A DNA stretch of 20,799 nucleotides from Candidatus Eiseniibacteriota bacterium (GCA_031364845.1 JANLWX010000041.1:1-20799), one strand, 5' to 3'. Numbered from the stretch's first letter, positions 7,586 through 15,369 are shown. Notes: generated by a model from the letters alone, not told the origin. Made by a program: numbers and translations.

Positions 7586-10500
7586 TCAGCGCCAGTCGCC
7601 GGCCGCGATGAATCCCGCCCACAGGAAGGGATGCGTGCTCGCTCGCGCGTTTCGCTGGCGCTCGAGCAGGTGGAGGCTCGCGCCGCGCACCGCGGCCGCC
7701 GTGCCGAGACCGCGGTCGAACTTGCCGGTGTAGAGGCTCTGCATCCAATCGCGCGCGACAACGTCGGGCACCGGCCACAGACTCATGATCAGGCTCCGAC
7801 ACCGGGCAATCTCGAAGGCGCGGCGCAATCCGAACACGCCCTCCCCCGCGCGCATATCGCCGAGCCCGGTGTTGCACGCCGAGAGCACCGTCCACTCCAC
7901 CGAGCCGAGATCGATCCCCGCGATCTCCTCCGGAGTCAGGATTCCGTCCTGCGCCCCGGCGGCCATGGTGTCGGATCGATTGGCACCGGCGAATGCGAGC
8001 CCGCCCGGAACCGAAAGCACCACGGGCGCGCCGGAGCGCCGCCATGACGCTCCGGGCCACGCGGCAGTCGACGCGACACGCGCTTCGCGCGCGCACGGTG
8101 GCGGCGGGAAGTACCCGTGGGTCGCGATGTGCAGCACGCGTCGTCCCGGAGCCAGGCGCTTGAACGCGTCCTCGGTCGCCGAGGCTCCAACGAGGCACAA
8201 TGCTGGCTTTGCGGCGCTGCGCGCGGCAGATGACGCAGCACTCCAATGTTCGTCCCATTGCTCAGCGATCCAGCGGGCCTCGGCCGAGGCGAGCGGCAGG
8301 GGTTCGAATACGGGCGCGGGCAGTTCGGAGCATGGCTCGCCGCGAGTACCCGCGGGGTTCGCCTGCCCCGCATCACGCCGTCGCGTCGCGCGCGCGCCAG
8401 GGTCGCCATCGAAGTCGGGCCCGCCCATCACGAGCAGACCGGCTCCAGCCGCGCGCGCATCCATCGCCGAGATCAGATGCCGTTCGGCCGACAGATAGTG
8501 CAGGGTCGCGTTCTCTTCGATCATGTAACCGGATGCGGCGGGGAGTGTGCCCAGATGCACCAGATGGAGCGCGCCATCGGGCACCACGAACACGCCCTCC
8601 GCCCCACCGAGCACGCGCGCGACCGGCGCCCAAACGCGTTCCCGCAGCCTAAGTCCCGCCTGCCGATAGCGTGCTTCGGCCTCGGCGAGCTGCCACACCG
8701 GGACTGCCGCCCCGCTGGCGATCTCGCGCGCCCATCGCGCAACGAGTGAGTCGATCGCGCCAGCCGCACCGAGCCCGATCAGAACCGGCGTTTGATCCTT
8801 GCGGATCACGCACCCGGCATAGGCCGGTTCCGCCACGCGCATTCGTGTGGAGCGCGGCTTCGCGCCAGACGCGCGCGGGCGCGTCCAACGCTGGAATTCG
8901 ACGAAGCTCACGAGTGCCGTCGCTGGGGGCAGTGCATTGCGAACCTCTTCGAATCCCGCGCGGCGCTCCTGCTCGCTCGCGCGGAATCGCAGGCTTGCTT
9001 CGGCGAGCGCGCGCTCGGCGCTGTCCTTTGCCCGGCGCGCGTGGTCGATCAGGGCGCGGTAGCGACCCTGCGGTCCGTCGCCCGGATCGCGCACCATGAG
9101 CCGGGCGAGCCGGTCACGCGCCGTCGCCAGATCGCGCTCGAGCGCGGCAATCGCGGGATCGCCGACCGCGGTGACCGCCTGCCCCCGTTGCATCATCTCG
9201 TCGAGCACGACCGCGCGCGAGCGCACCATGGCATCGGCGATCTCGGCCGCCGAACCCGCGGTCGAGTCTTCGAGGAAGATCGAGAGCGCAAGATCCAATC
9301 CCGGCAGGCGATCCTCGGTGACGGCGAGCGCCTGCCGTTCAGGCAACGTGCGCAGCGTGAGCCGCAGGTGTTCGCGCGAGATCGCCTCGGCGCGCAGCGC
9401 GGAGCGCAGCGCCCGGGATGCAAAGCCCAGCGCCCATTCCGTCTGGGCAAGTGCGAAGTGACTGACCGCGACATCCGGATGCGCCGCACCCAGTGCTTCC
9501 TCGCGGATCGCGAGCACGCGCTGTTCGAGGCGGTAGGCGGATTCGAAGTCTCCTTCCCTCGCGCGCAGCCGCGCCAGACCCGCGAGTGTCAGTGCCGTGC
9601 GCGGATGGCTGGCACCCAGCGCGCGCTCGTTGATCGCAAGTGCTCGCGTGTAGAGGGCGGCCGCCGAATCGCGTCCCGATTCCTCGGAGAGCCGCGCCAG
9701 TTCCATCAAGTCGAGTGCGACTTCGGTATGTTCCGCGCCGAGGCTCTGAACATGGATCGCGACCGCGCGTTCGAGCTGGCGGTGGGCCTGTGCGTTCTTG
9801 CCGACTCTCGCATTTAGCACCGCGAATGCGCGCAACGTCCACGCCACGTCGGCATGCCAGGCGCCCAGGGCGCGCTGATGGATATCGAGCCCGCGATCGA
9901 GCAGCACCCGCGCCTGTTCGAGATCGCCCGTCAGGACCAGCAGCGTGGCGAGATTGACGCAGGCGAGCCCCACATTCGGATGATCGGGGCCCAGAGTCTG
10001 CTCGAAGAGCGCCTTCGACTTTTCCTGCTCCTGGCGCGCGCGCACGTAGTCGCCCTCGAGTTGATACAGCACCGCGAGATTGTTGTGCACCTTGCCCAGA
10101 TTGCGCCGCTGCGACTCGCCGATCCGTTCATACGCCCGGCTCGACTCGAGGTAGAGCGATTCGGCCACCGGGTAGGCGCCGATAAGTTGCATGAGGTTCC
10201 CGTAGTCGTTCCAGGTGCGCGCGACGTCGCGATGACTCGGGCCGAACGCGCGCATGCGGATGGCGAGAACGCGTTCGTACATCGATTGCAGACCGTCAAC
10301 CGCGCCTGCCGACCGCAGCAGGTTGGCGCGATGATGGAGGGCGTTCGCGACCTCGGGATGATCCGGCCCCAGAGTGCGCTCGCGTAATAACACCGCGCGC
10401 GCCGACAACTCGGCGGCACCCGGACTCGCGAAGCGCCCCGATCGCCACAGCGCCTCGACGAGCAACGCGATCGCCTCGCCGAGCCGCAGAGAATCCCGCG

Positions 10501-10846
10501 GCGAACCGGTCTCGAGCGCGTCGACGAGTTTCCGCGCCATACGCTCGGCCTCGGCATAGCGTTCTGCGGTGATGAGGACGCGAATCGCATCGGCGCCGCG
10601 GGCGGACGTGGTATCCGCGGACGTCGCGGAGGCCGAGGTTGTCGCGGGCGCCGTTGCGGACGCAGTGTCCGCGGTCGTCGCGGGGGCGACGGTTGTCGTG
10701 TCGTGAGCCGCCGTTATCGAGGCTGATGCCGCTGCGGCAACGCGTGCGTCAGTCACGGTCGAAACGCACACCATCAAACACAGGGTCAATGCCAACGCCG
10801 GCCCGATGTGTGCTCGCGCGAGATCGCGAACCCGCCGATGCGGCAC
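7586..10846 (-). CDS. TPR-repeat CHAT domain protease (caspase-like, clan CD), predicted exported
   Basis: About 8 kinesin-light-chain-type TPR repeats (LGPDHPEV, FGPSHRDV, LGPDHPNV, LGAWHADV, LGAEHTEV, LGASHPRT, LGAAHPDV). CHAT motifs VVPDGALH, VLHIATHG (His 8117-8119), DGILT, VLSACNTG (Cys 7874-7876), GEGVFGL, SLWPV, HPFLWAGF. Start uncertain: GTG 10846, just after the sigma stop, gives a basic + hydrophobic signal-like N-terminus. Confidence 0.92.
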   Translation of the reverse strand: MPHRRVRDLARAHIGPALALTLCLMVCVSTVTDARVAAAASASITAAHDTTTVAPATTADTASATAPATTSASATSADTTSARGADAIRVLITAERYAEAERMARKLVDALETGSPRDSLRLGEAIALLVEALWRSGRFASPGAAELSARAVLLRERTLGPDHPEVANALHHRANLLRSAGAVDGLQSMYERVLAIRMRAFGPSHRDVARTWNDYGNLMQLIGAYPVAESLYLESSRAYERIGESQRRNLGKVHNNLAVLYQLEGDYVRARQEQEKSKALFEQTLGPDHPNVGLACVNLATLLVLTGDLEQARVLLDRGLDIHQRALGAWHADVAWTLRAFAVLNARVGKNAQAHRQLERAVAIHVQSLGAEHTEVALDLMELARLSEESGRDSAAALYTRALAINERALGASHPRTALTLAGLARLRAREGDFESAYRLEQRVLAIREEALGAAHPDVAVSHFALAQTEWALGFASRALRSALRAEAISREHLRLTLRTLPERQALAVTEDRLPGLDLALSIFLEDSTAGSAAEIADAMVRSRAVVLDEMMQRGQAVTAVGDPAIAALERDLATARDRLARLMVRDPGDGPQGRYRALIDHARRAKDSAERALAEASLRFRASEQERRAGFEEVRNALPPATALVSFVEFQRWTRPRASGAKPRSTRMRVAEPAYAGCVIRKDQTPVLIGLGAAGAIDSLVARWAREIASGAAVPVWQLAEAEARYRQAGLRLRERVWAPVARVLGGAEGVFVVPDGALHLVHLGTLPAASGYMIEENATLHYLSAERHLISAMDARAAGAGLLVMGGPDFDGDPGARATRRRDAGQANPAGTRGEPCSELPAPVFEPLPLASAEARWIAEQWDEHWSAASSAARSAAKPALCLVGASATEDAFKRLAPGRRVLHIATHGYFPPPPCAREARVASTAAWPGASWRRSGAPVVLSVPGGLAFAGANRSDTMAAGAQDGILTPEEIAGIDLGSVEWTVLSACNTGLGDMRAGEGVFGLRRAFEIARCRSLIMSLWPVPDVVARDWMQSLYTGKFDRGLGTAAAVRGASLHLLERQRNARASTHPFLWAGFIAAGDWR

Positions 10847-10851
10847 GCGGG

Positions 10852-11427
10852 TCAGGCTAAGTCGGCCTCGGTGCGGCGGCCTTCCATTCGCAGGAGCCGG
10901 CGCACCTCTTTCATGCAATGGAACATCCGCACCCGAACCGTGGCCGGCGCGAGCCCCATGCGCTCGGAGAGTGCGCGATAAGGCAGCTCATCGAGGAAGT
11001 GGAGTTGGATGATGTCGCGGCATCGCTCATCGAGCATCTGGATCGCGCGATGGACGCGGGCGAGCCGCTCCTCGACGATCGCGGCCGCCTCGGGATCGAG
11101 CCGCGGGTCGATGAGGCCCTCGGAGGGCTCCTCGGTCGGCCGACGCCGCCGGTAGTGGTCGATGCAGCGGGCGAGCACGATCTTTCGGACCAGCCCCCGT
11201 ACCCCGGTCCGCAGCGTGAAGTCACTGCGGGAGCACGCGCTCCACAGCATCCCGATCGCTCGCTGGACCACATCGTCGTGCTCGTCGCGCGGGATTCCAT
11301 ATGGGCGAAATCCCACGATCTCCCGCGCCCAGCGCTCCACGGTGTCGTGCGCCCGCCGCTCGCCCGCCAGGAATCGGCGCAGCAGCTCCAGGTCTTCCAT
11401 GATCTCTGGATCCGAAGAGTCGGTCAT
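10852..11427 (-). CDS. ECF-type sigma-70 family sigma factor
   Basis: Region 2 'DDVVQ...IVLARCIDHYRRRR' and region 4 'LDERCRDIIQLHFLDELPYRALSERMGLAPATVRVRMFHC'. About 191 aa from ATG 11427. Confidence 0.9.
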   Translation of the reverse strand: MTDSSDPEIMEDLELLRRFLAGERRAHDTVERWAREIVGFRPYGIPRDEHDDVVQRAIGMLWSACSRSDFTLRTGVRGLVRKIVLARCIDHYRRRRPTEEPSEGLIDPRLDPEAAAIVEERLARVHRAIQMLDERCRDIIQLHFLDELPYRALSERMGLAPATVRVRMFHCMKEVRRLLRMEGRRTEADLA

Positions 11428-11533
11428 TGGGAGCTCTCGTGTGGGAATGCCACGCAACACTTTGACGGTTGCTGCGACCATTCTAGTAGAGTCCTCGCGT
11501 GAACACCCGCAGGAAGAAGGGGCATAGGCATAC

Positions 11534-12472
11534 ATGAATCACGAGGAAGCACGGACGATCCTGTCAGACCTCCTGGCGGGGCAACTCGAGGATGAGGAAG
11601 CGGCTTCGGCCTGGGAGCATGTCGCGACGTGCATCGAGTGCCGTCAGGTGCTGCCGGTCGTCTTCCAGGTTCGCTCGGCCGTCGCCATCCGGGGGCCAGA
11701 GGTGTTCTCCGCGCATCCCCCGGCCGAGGACATCGTCCTGTTCGCGACCGCCGACCCGGAACTCTCCACGCCCGCCCTGGCGCGGATCGGATCTCACGTG
11801 CGGGGATGTCCGGATTGCCTGGGCGCCGTCGAGCTCACGCGCCGCGCGGACGCGGCCACCGGACCGTCGCGCAAGCCGGTCCGCGACGTTGCCCGCGTCC
11901 CGCGGTCGGTGCTGATGTTCGCTCCGGGGCTCGCGATCGTCGTCGCACTGCTCGCATACCCCGCCTACCGTGGAATCGTGGCTTATCCCCAACTGCAGCG
12001 TTCGCACGGGGTGATGACGCGCGACCTTGCCAGGCTTGAATCCGAACAACGTGAGTTGCGCGGGGAGCTCGCGCGGCGGGTGAACGAGCGCAAAACCCAG
12101 TCGTGGGCCGGCCCGATGCGCCTGCTGTTCCTGCCTGCAACCACGCGCGGGACCCCGAGCGAGCCCGTTGTGGAACACGCGACCGGGCGGCTCTATCAGC
12201 CGATCGTGATCCAACACCGGCCATTTGAGGGTGACCGCCCGGAGGGCACGATCGAAGTGAGCGTGCTCGGAGGCGGCGGCGAGAAGGTGTGGAGCGAACA
12301 GCGCCCGGTCTCCGACTGGTGGGACAGCGCTCATGCTTCGCTCGTGTTGCTGGTGCCCGCCTCGGTCCTTGAACCGGGACGATACCGGCTCGAGATCCGG
12401 CGCGAGGGCGAACCCATCTACGCTTCGGCGTTCACCGTGACGCCACCGTCGGCCGCCGCAACAAATCGCTAA
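11534..12472 (+). CDS. Membrane-anchored zinc-finger (zf-HC2/ZAS) anti-sigma factor-like protein with a C-terminal extracytoplasmic beta domain
   Basis: Two HxxxCxxC motifs (HVATCIEC 11618-11641; HVRGCPDC 11795-11818), one TM (VLMFAPGLAIVVALLAYPAY), coiled coil, C-terminal Ig-like ending 'LEPGRYRLEI...FTV'. Adjacent to the ECF gene. Confidence 0.82.
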   Translation: MNHEEARTILSDLLAGQLEDEEAASAWEHVATCIECRQVLPVVFQVRSAVAIRGPEVFSAHPPAEDIVLFATADPELSTPALARIGSHVRGCPDCLGAVELTRRADAATGPSRKPVRDVARVPRSVLMFAPGLAIVVALLAYPAYRGIVAYPQLQRSHGVMTRDLARLESEQRELRGELARRVNERKTQSWAGPMRLLFLPATTRGTPSEPVVEHATGRLYQPIVIQHRPFEGDRPEGTIEVSVLGGGGEKVWSEQRPVSDWWDSAHASLVLLVPASVLEPGRYRLEIRREGEPIYASAFTVTPPSAAATNR

Positions 12473-12550
12473 ACGCTTCGCAGGTTGGTTCGACAAAACT
12501 CATTGAGAGGTGACCTCCATCGTCTCTCGCAACTGCATGGGGAAGAGTAG

Positions 12551-12787
12551 CAAGGGGGCCGCACACTCCCGGCGTCGAGATGATCGCGTTACAGCCTTCG
12601 GGTCGTGGCGCCGATCACCTCCGCCGGCGGGTACTTCGGCAACAAGGGGCCGCACGCCGCCGGAGAACCGGGATCTTGTAAGGGATCCTGCGTCACGGCG
12701 GCGATCCTCTTTGTGCCCTTGGCGGTCCAGAAGCGGGCGGCCGTTCGAGTCGCTGCACCGGAGTCCCTCCTTCGGCGACTCCGCTTC
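12551..12787 (+). ncRNA. Candidate structured RNA / tandem repeat-hairpin element, family not recognised
   Basis: Direct repeat CAAGGGG(G)CCGCAC at 12551-12564 and 12643-12655. Each copy is followed directly by a long stem, capped by cUUCGg (12565-12632) or GUAA (12656-12702). Further stems run to 12787. Folded by hand. Confidence 0.35.
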
Positions 12788-12811
12788 AGCCGCGCGGGAA
12801 TCAGCGGCCGT

Positions 12812-12844
12812 GCATTTGAGCGACACCGCTCACAATGCCATGAT
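12812..12844 (+). promoter_or_regulatory. Candidate sigma70 promoter with overlapping palindromic operator upstream of the MFS gene
   Basis: TTGAGC (12816-12821)-17 nt-CATGAT (12839-12844), overlapped by inverted repeat GCATT-TGAGCG-acac-CGCTCA-c-AATGC. Confidence 0.45.
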
Positions 12845-12891
12845 GCCCGGCTCCCACCGACACATCGTCCCGATCTCCGATCCCGGCGGAC

Positions 12892-14166
12892 ATGCCCACT
12901 CGCCCCACGCTCTCCCCGTTCGCTTCTCTCGAGCATCGCAACTTTCGCCTCCTGTGGTCGAGCCAGCTGATCTCGATGGCCGGCTCGATGATGCAGAGCG
13001 CGGCGATCCTGTGGCACGTCTCACTGCTGGTTCCCGAACACCAGCGCGGCCTGGCGCTCGGAATGGTGGGGCTCGTCCGCGTCCTGCCGATCATCGCGTT
13101 CTCGCTCGTGAGCGGCGTGATCGCCGACGCCATGGATCGCCGCCGCCTCATGTACGTGACGCAGGGCGGCATGCTGGTGTGTGCCGCGGTGCTCGCACTG
13201 ATCACGTTTGCCGGAGTTCAGGCACTGTGGCCGGTCTATCTGCTCGCAGCGCTGGGTTCGGCGTTCGGATCGTTCGATGGCCCCGCGCGCCAGGCGCTCA
13301 TCCCGACGCTGGTTCCCCGCGATCACCTCGCGAACGCCATCAGCCTCAACACGATCATGTTTCAGATTGCCTCGGTCGTCGGACCCGCGATCGGCGGACT
13401 CGTGATCGGCGGCTTCGGAGTCGGCTGGGCCTACGCGCTCAACGCGGTCTCGTTCGTGGCGGTGATCGTCGCTCTGGCTCAGATGCGCGATCTGCCGAAA
13501 GCTGCGCCCGGCGAGCGCAGTGACGTCAGCATCGCCGCCGCGCGTGACGGACTGCGGTTCGTGTTCCGCAATCCGCTCATCCGCTCGACCATGCTGCTCG
13601 ATTTCTTCGCGACGTTCTTCGCTTCGGCGACCGCGCTGCTGCCGATCTACGCGCAGGACATCCTGCACGTCGGCGCGCAAGGGTACGGGCTTCTGTCGGC
13701 AGCACCCTCGGTCGGCGCGCTGATCGCGAGTGCCGCTCTGGTTCCGCTGATCGATCGCATCGATCGCCGCGGGAGGACCATGCTGATCTCGGTCGCGGGC
13801 TTCGGTCTCGCGACACTGGTGTTCGGCCTGTCGCGCAATTTCATGCTCACGTTCGTGGCGCTGGCGCTGACCGGCGCCACCGATACCGTGAGCATGGTGA
13901 TCCGCAACCTGGTCCGGCATCTGAACACGCCCGACTCGATGCGCGGGCGCATGACGAGCGTGAACATGATGTTCTTCATGGGCGGACCACAGCTCGGTGA
14001 GTTCGAAGCCGGACTCGTCGCCAACCTGTGGGGCGCCACCTTCGCCGTCGTGAGCGGTGCGTTCGGCTGCCTCGCCGCCACGGGCTGGGTGGCGTGGCGC
14101 ACGCCGGCGTTGCGCGCTTATCGCCGCGAAGCGACAGGAGTCGAAGCCACCGCGGGCACCGGCTGA
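12892..14166 (+). CDS. MFS transporter (MFS_3 / EntS-like, DHA3-type exporter)
   Basis: 'HRNFRLLWSSQLISMAGS', motif A GVIADAMDRRRL, 'FDGPARQALIP', 'VVGPAIGG', 'PDSMRGR'; about 12 TMs over 424 aa. Confidence 0.92.
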   Translation: MPTRPTLSPFASLEHRNFRLLWSSQLISMAGSMMQSAAILWHVSLLVPEHQRGLALGMVGLVRVLPIIAFSLVSGVIADAMDRRRLMYVTQGGMLVCAAVLALITFAGVQALWPVYLLAALGSAFGSFDGPARQALIPTLVPRDHLANAISLNTIMFQIASVVGPAIGGLVIGGFGVGWAYALNAVSFVAVIVALAQMRDLPKAAPGERSDVSIAAARDGLRFVFRNPLIRSTMLLDFFATFFASATALLPIYAQDILHVGAQGYGLLSAAPSVGALIASAALVPLIDRIDRRGRTMLISVAGFGLATLVFGLSRNFMLTFVALALTGATDTVSMVIRNLVRHLNTPDSMRGRMTSVNMMFFMGGPQLGEFEAGLVANLWGATFAVVSGAFGCLAATGWVAWRTPALRAYRREATGVEATAGTG

Positions 14167-14333
14167 GCGGAGTTCCTCCCGCCGGAGAGCGCCCGACGAA
14201 GAATCGCGGACCTTTCGCCGCCGGGCGCGGTATCAGGGGTGACCGGGCGTTGGACCGAGCCATCGGACTGCCTGCCGCCGCACGCGGTTGCCGTGGCGCC
14301 GGGAATCCAAACCCGATCCACCTCGAGGCACCC

Positions 14334-15308
14334 ATGAGCCGCCGGTCGCAGACCCCATCACGAACACGGACGCGCCGCCGCGCGGTCCTCATCCTGGTTC
14401 ATGCCCTTCTGCTTCCGGCGGTCCTCGCCGCGGACCCTGCCCCGTGGGGATCACCGGGGACCGGTCCCGGACAGTTCGCCTCACCCACCGGAATCGTGTG
14501 CGACCACCAGAGTCGCGTGCTGGTGATGGACACCAGCAACGATCGCATCCAGCGCTTCACGCGTGAAGGTGTGTTCATCGACGAGTGGGGCACGACGGGC
14601 AAGGAGCCCGGGCAGTTTCGCGGCGCCGAATTCATCGCGGTCGACGCCGCGGACACCGTGTTCGTCGCCGACTTCCGCAACGACCGCGTGCAGGTGTTCG
14701 CGCCCGACGGCCAGTTCGTGCGGACATGGGGCTGGACCGGTTCGGGGCCTGGTGAATTTCGAGGTGCATTCGGAATCGCAGTCGGGCCCAACGGCGACGT
14801 CTACGTCAGCGATGCCACCAACCGCCGCGTTCAGCGTTTCACGCGCACGGGCACCTGGCTCGGCTCATTCGGAACGTCGGGCACCGGCCCGGGGCAATTC
14901 GGATTGCCAGCCGGGATCGCCGTCGACTGGAACGGCGAAGTGCTGGTTGCCGACTACACGAACCATCGCATCCAGCGCTTCTCGGCAACCGGTGCGTTCA
15001 TCGAGACGTGGGGCTCGCAGGGAACCGCCGCCGGGCAGCTCAGCTTTCCCGTCGCGATCGCGGCCGCGCACACGGCTCCGATCGTCGTCGTGGAATCGGG
15101 CAACAAGCGCGTTCAGCGCTTCTCGGCCGCGGGAGTCTCGACCGGCATGATCGCGTCAAACCTGTCGGGCCCGTTCGGCGTGGCACTCGATGGACTGGGC
15201 ACGGTGTTCGTCACGCAGGCCGCGGCGAATCTCATCTCGTCCTACGCCGACGCGACCACGCCGGCGCTGCGGATGAGCTGGGGGGCGCTCAAGCGACGCT
15301 ATCAGTAG
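14334..15308 (+). CDS. Exported NHL-repeat six-bladed beta-propeller protein
   Basis: SD GAGG, ATG 14334, signal-peptide-like N-terminus. Repeats of WGxxGxxPGQFxxPxGIAVD...VxDxxNxRIQxF (five clear, one degenerate). Tail TTPALRMSWGALKRRYQ. Confidence 0.9.
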   Translation: MSRRSQTPSRTRTRRRAVLILVHALLLPAVLAADPAPWGSPGTGPGQFASPTGIVCDHQSRVLVMDTSNDRIQRFTREGVFIDEWGTTGKEPGQFRGAEFIAVDAADTVFVADFRNDRVQVFAPDGQFVRTWGWTGSGPGEFRGAFGIAVGPNGDVYVSDATNRRVQRFTRTGTWLGSFGTSGTGPGQFGLPAGIAVDWNGEVLVADYTNHRIQRFSATGAFIETWGSQGTAAGQLSFPVAIAAAHTAPIVVVESGNKRVQRFSAAGVSTGMIASNLSGPFGVALDGLGTVFVTQAAANLISSYADATTPALRMSWGALKRRYQ

Positions 15309-15318
15309 CACCCTGAAT

Positions 15319-15350
15319 GCGCGACGACCGGCCATCGCCGGTCGCCGCGC
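15319..15350. terminator. GC-rich hairpin between convergent genes
   Basis: GCGCGACGACCGGC-catc-GCCGGTCGCCGCGC, 13 of 14 positions paired; no strong U tract. Confidence 0.4.
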
Positions 15351-15369
15351 CTCCGTCGAAACTGCCACG

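Noticed and set aside
7586..12472. Type III-E CRISPR (Craspase) locus or a mobile island
   Set aside because: No Cas7-11, array, integrase, transposase or flanking direct repeats seen. Only the protease/sigma logic is analogous.
12551..12655. CRISPR mini-array from the CAAGGGGCCGCAC repeats
   Set aside because: Only two copies of 13-14 nt, a 78-nt self-complementary spacer, and no cas genes in the window.
12737..12760. tRNA-like T-loop GTTCGAGTC
   Set aside because: The 5-bp T stem, acceptor stem and anticodon arm cannot be built.
12500..12800. Glycine or cobalamin riboswitch in the intergenic region
   Set aside because: Isolated fragments exist (CGCCGAAGGAG on minus; CGCAACTG and GGGAAG on plus), but the other core motifs such as CTCTCAGG and the expected order are missing.
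14334..14400. Tat signal in the NHL protein (SRR, TRRR)
   Set aside because: Arg pairs are present but the RRxFLK consensus is poorly matched; Sec and Tat cannot be distinguished by eye.
14440..15200. Nucleotide-level repeats in the NHL gene, also in the TPR and DUF4097 genes
   Set aside because: Fully explained by protein repeat domains.
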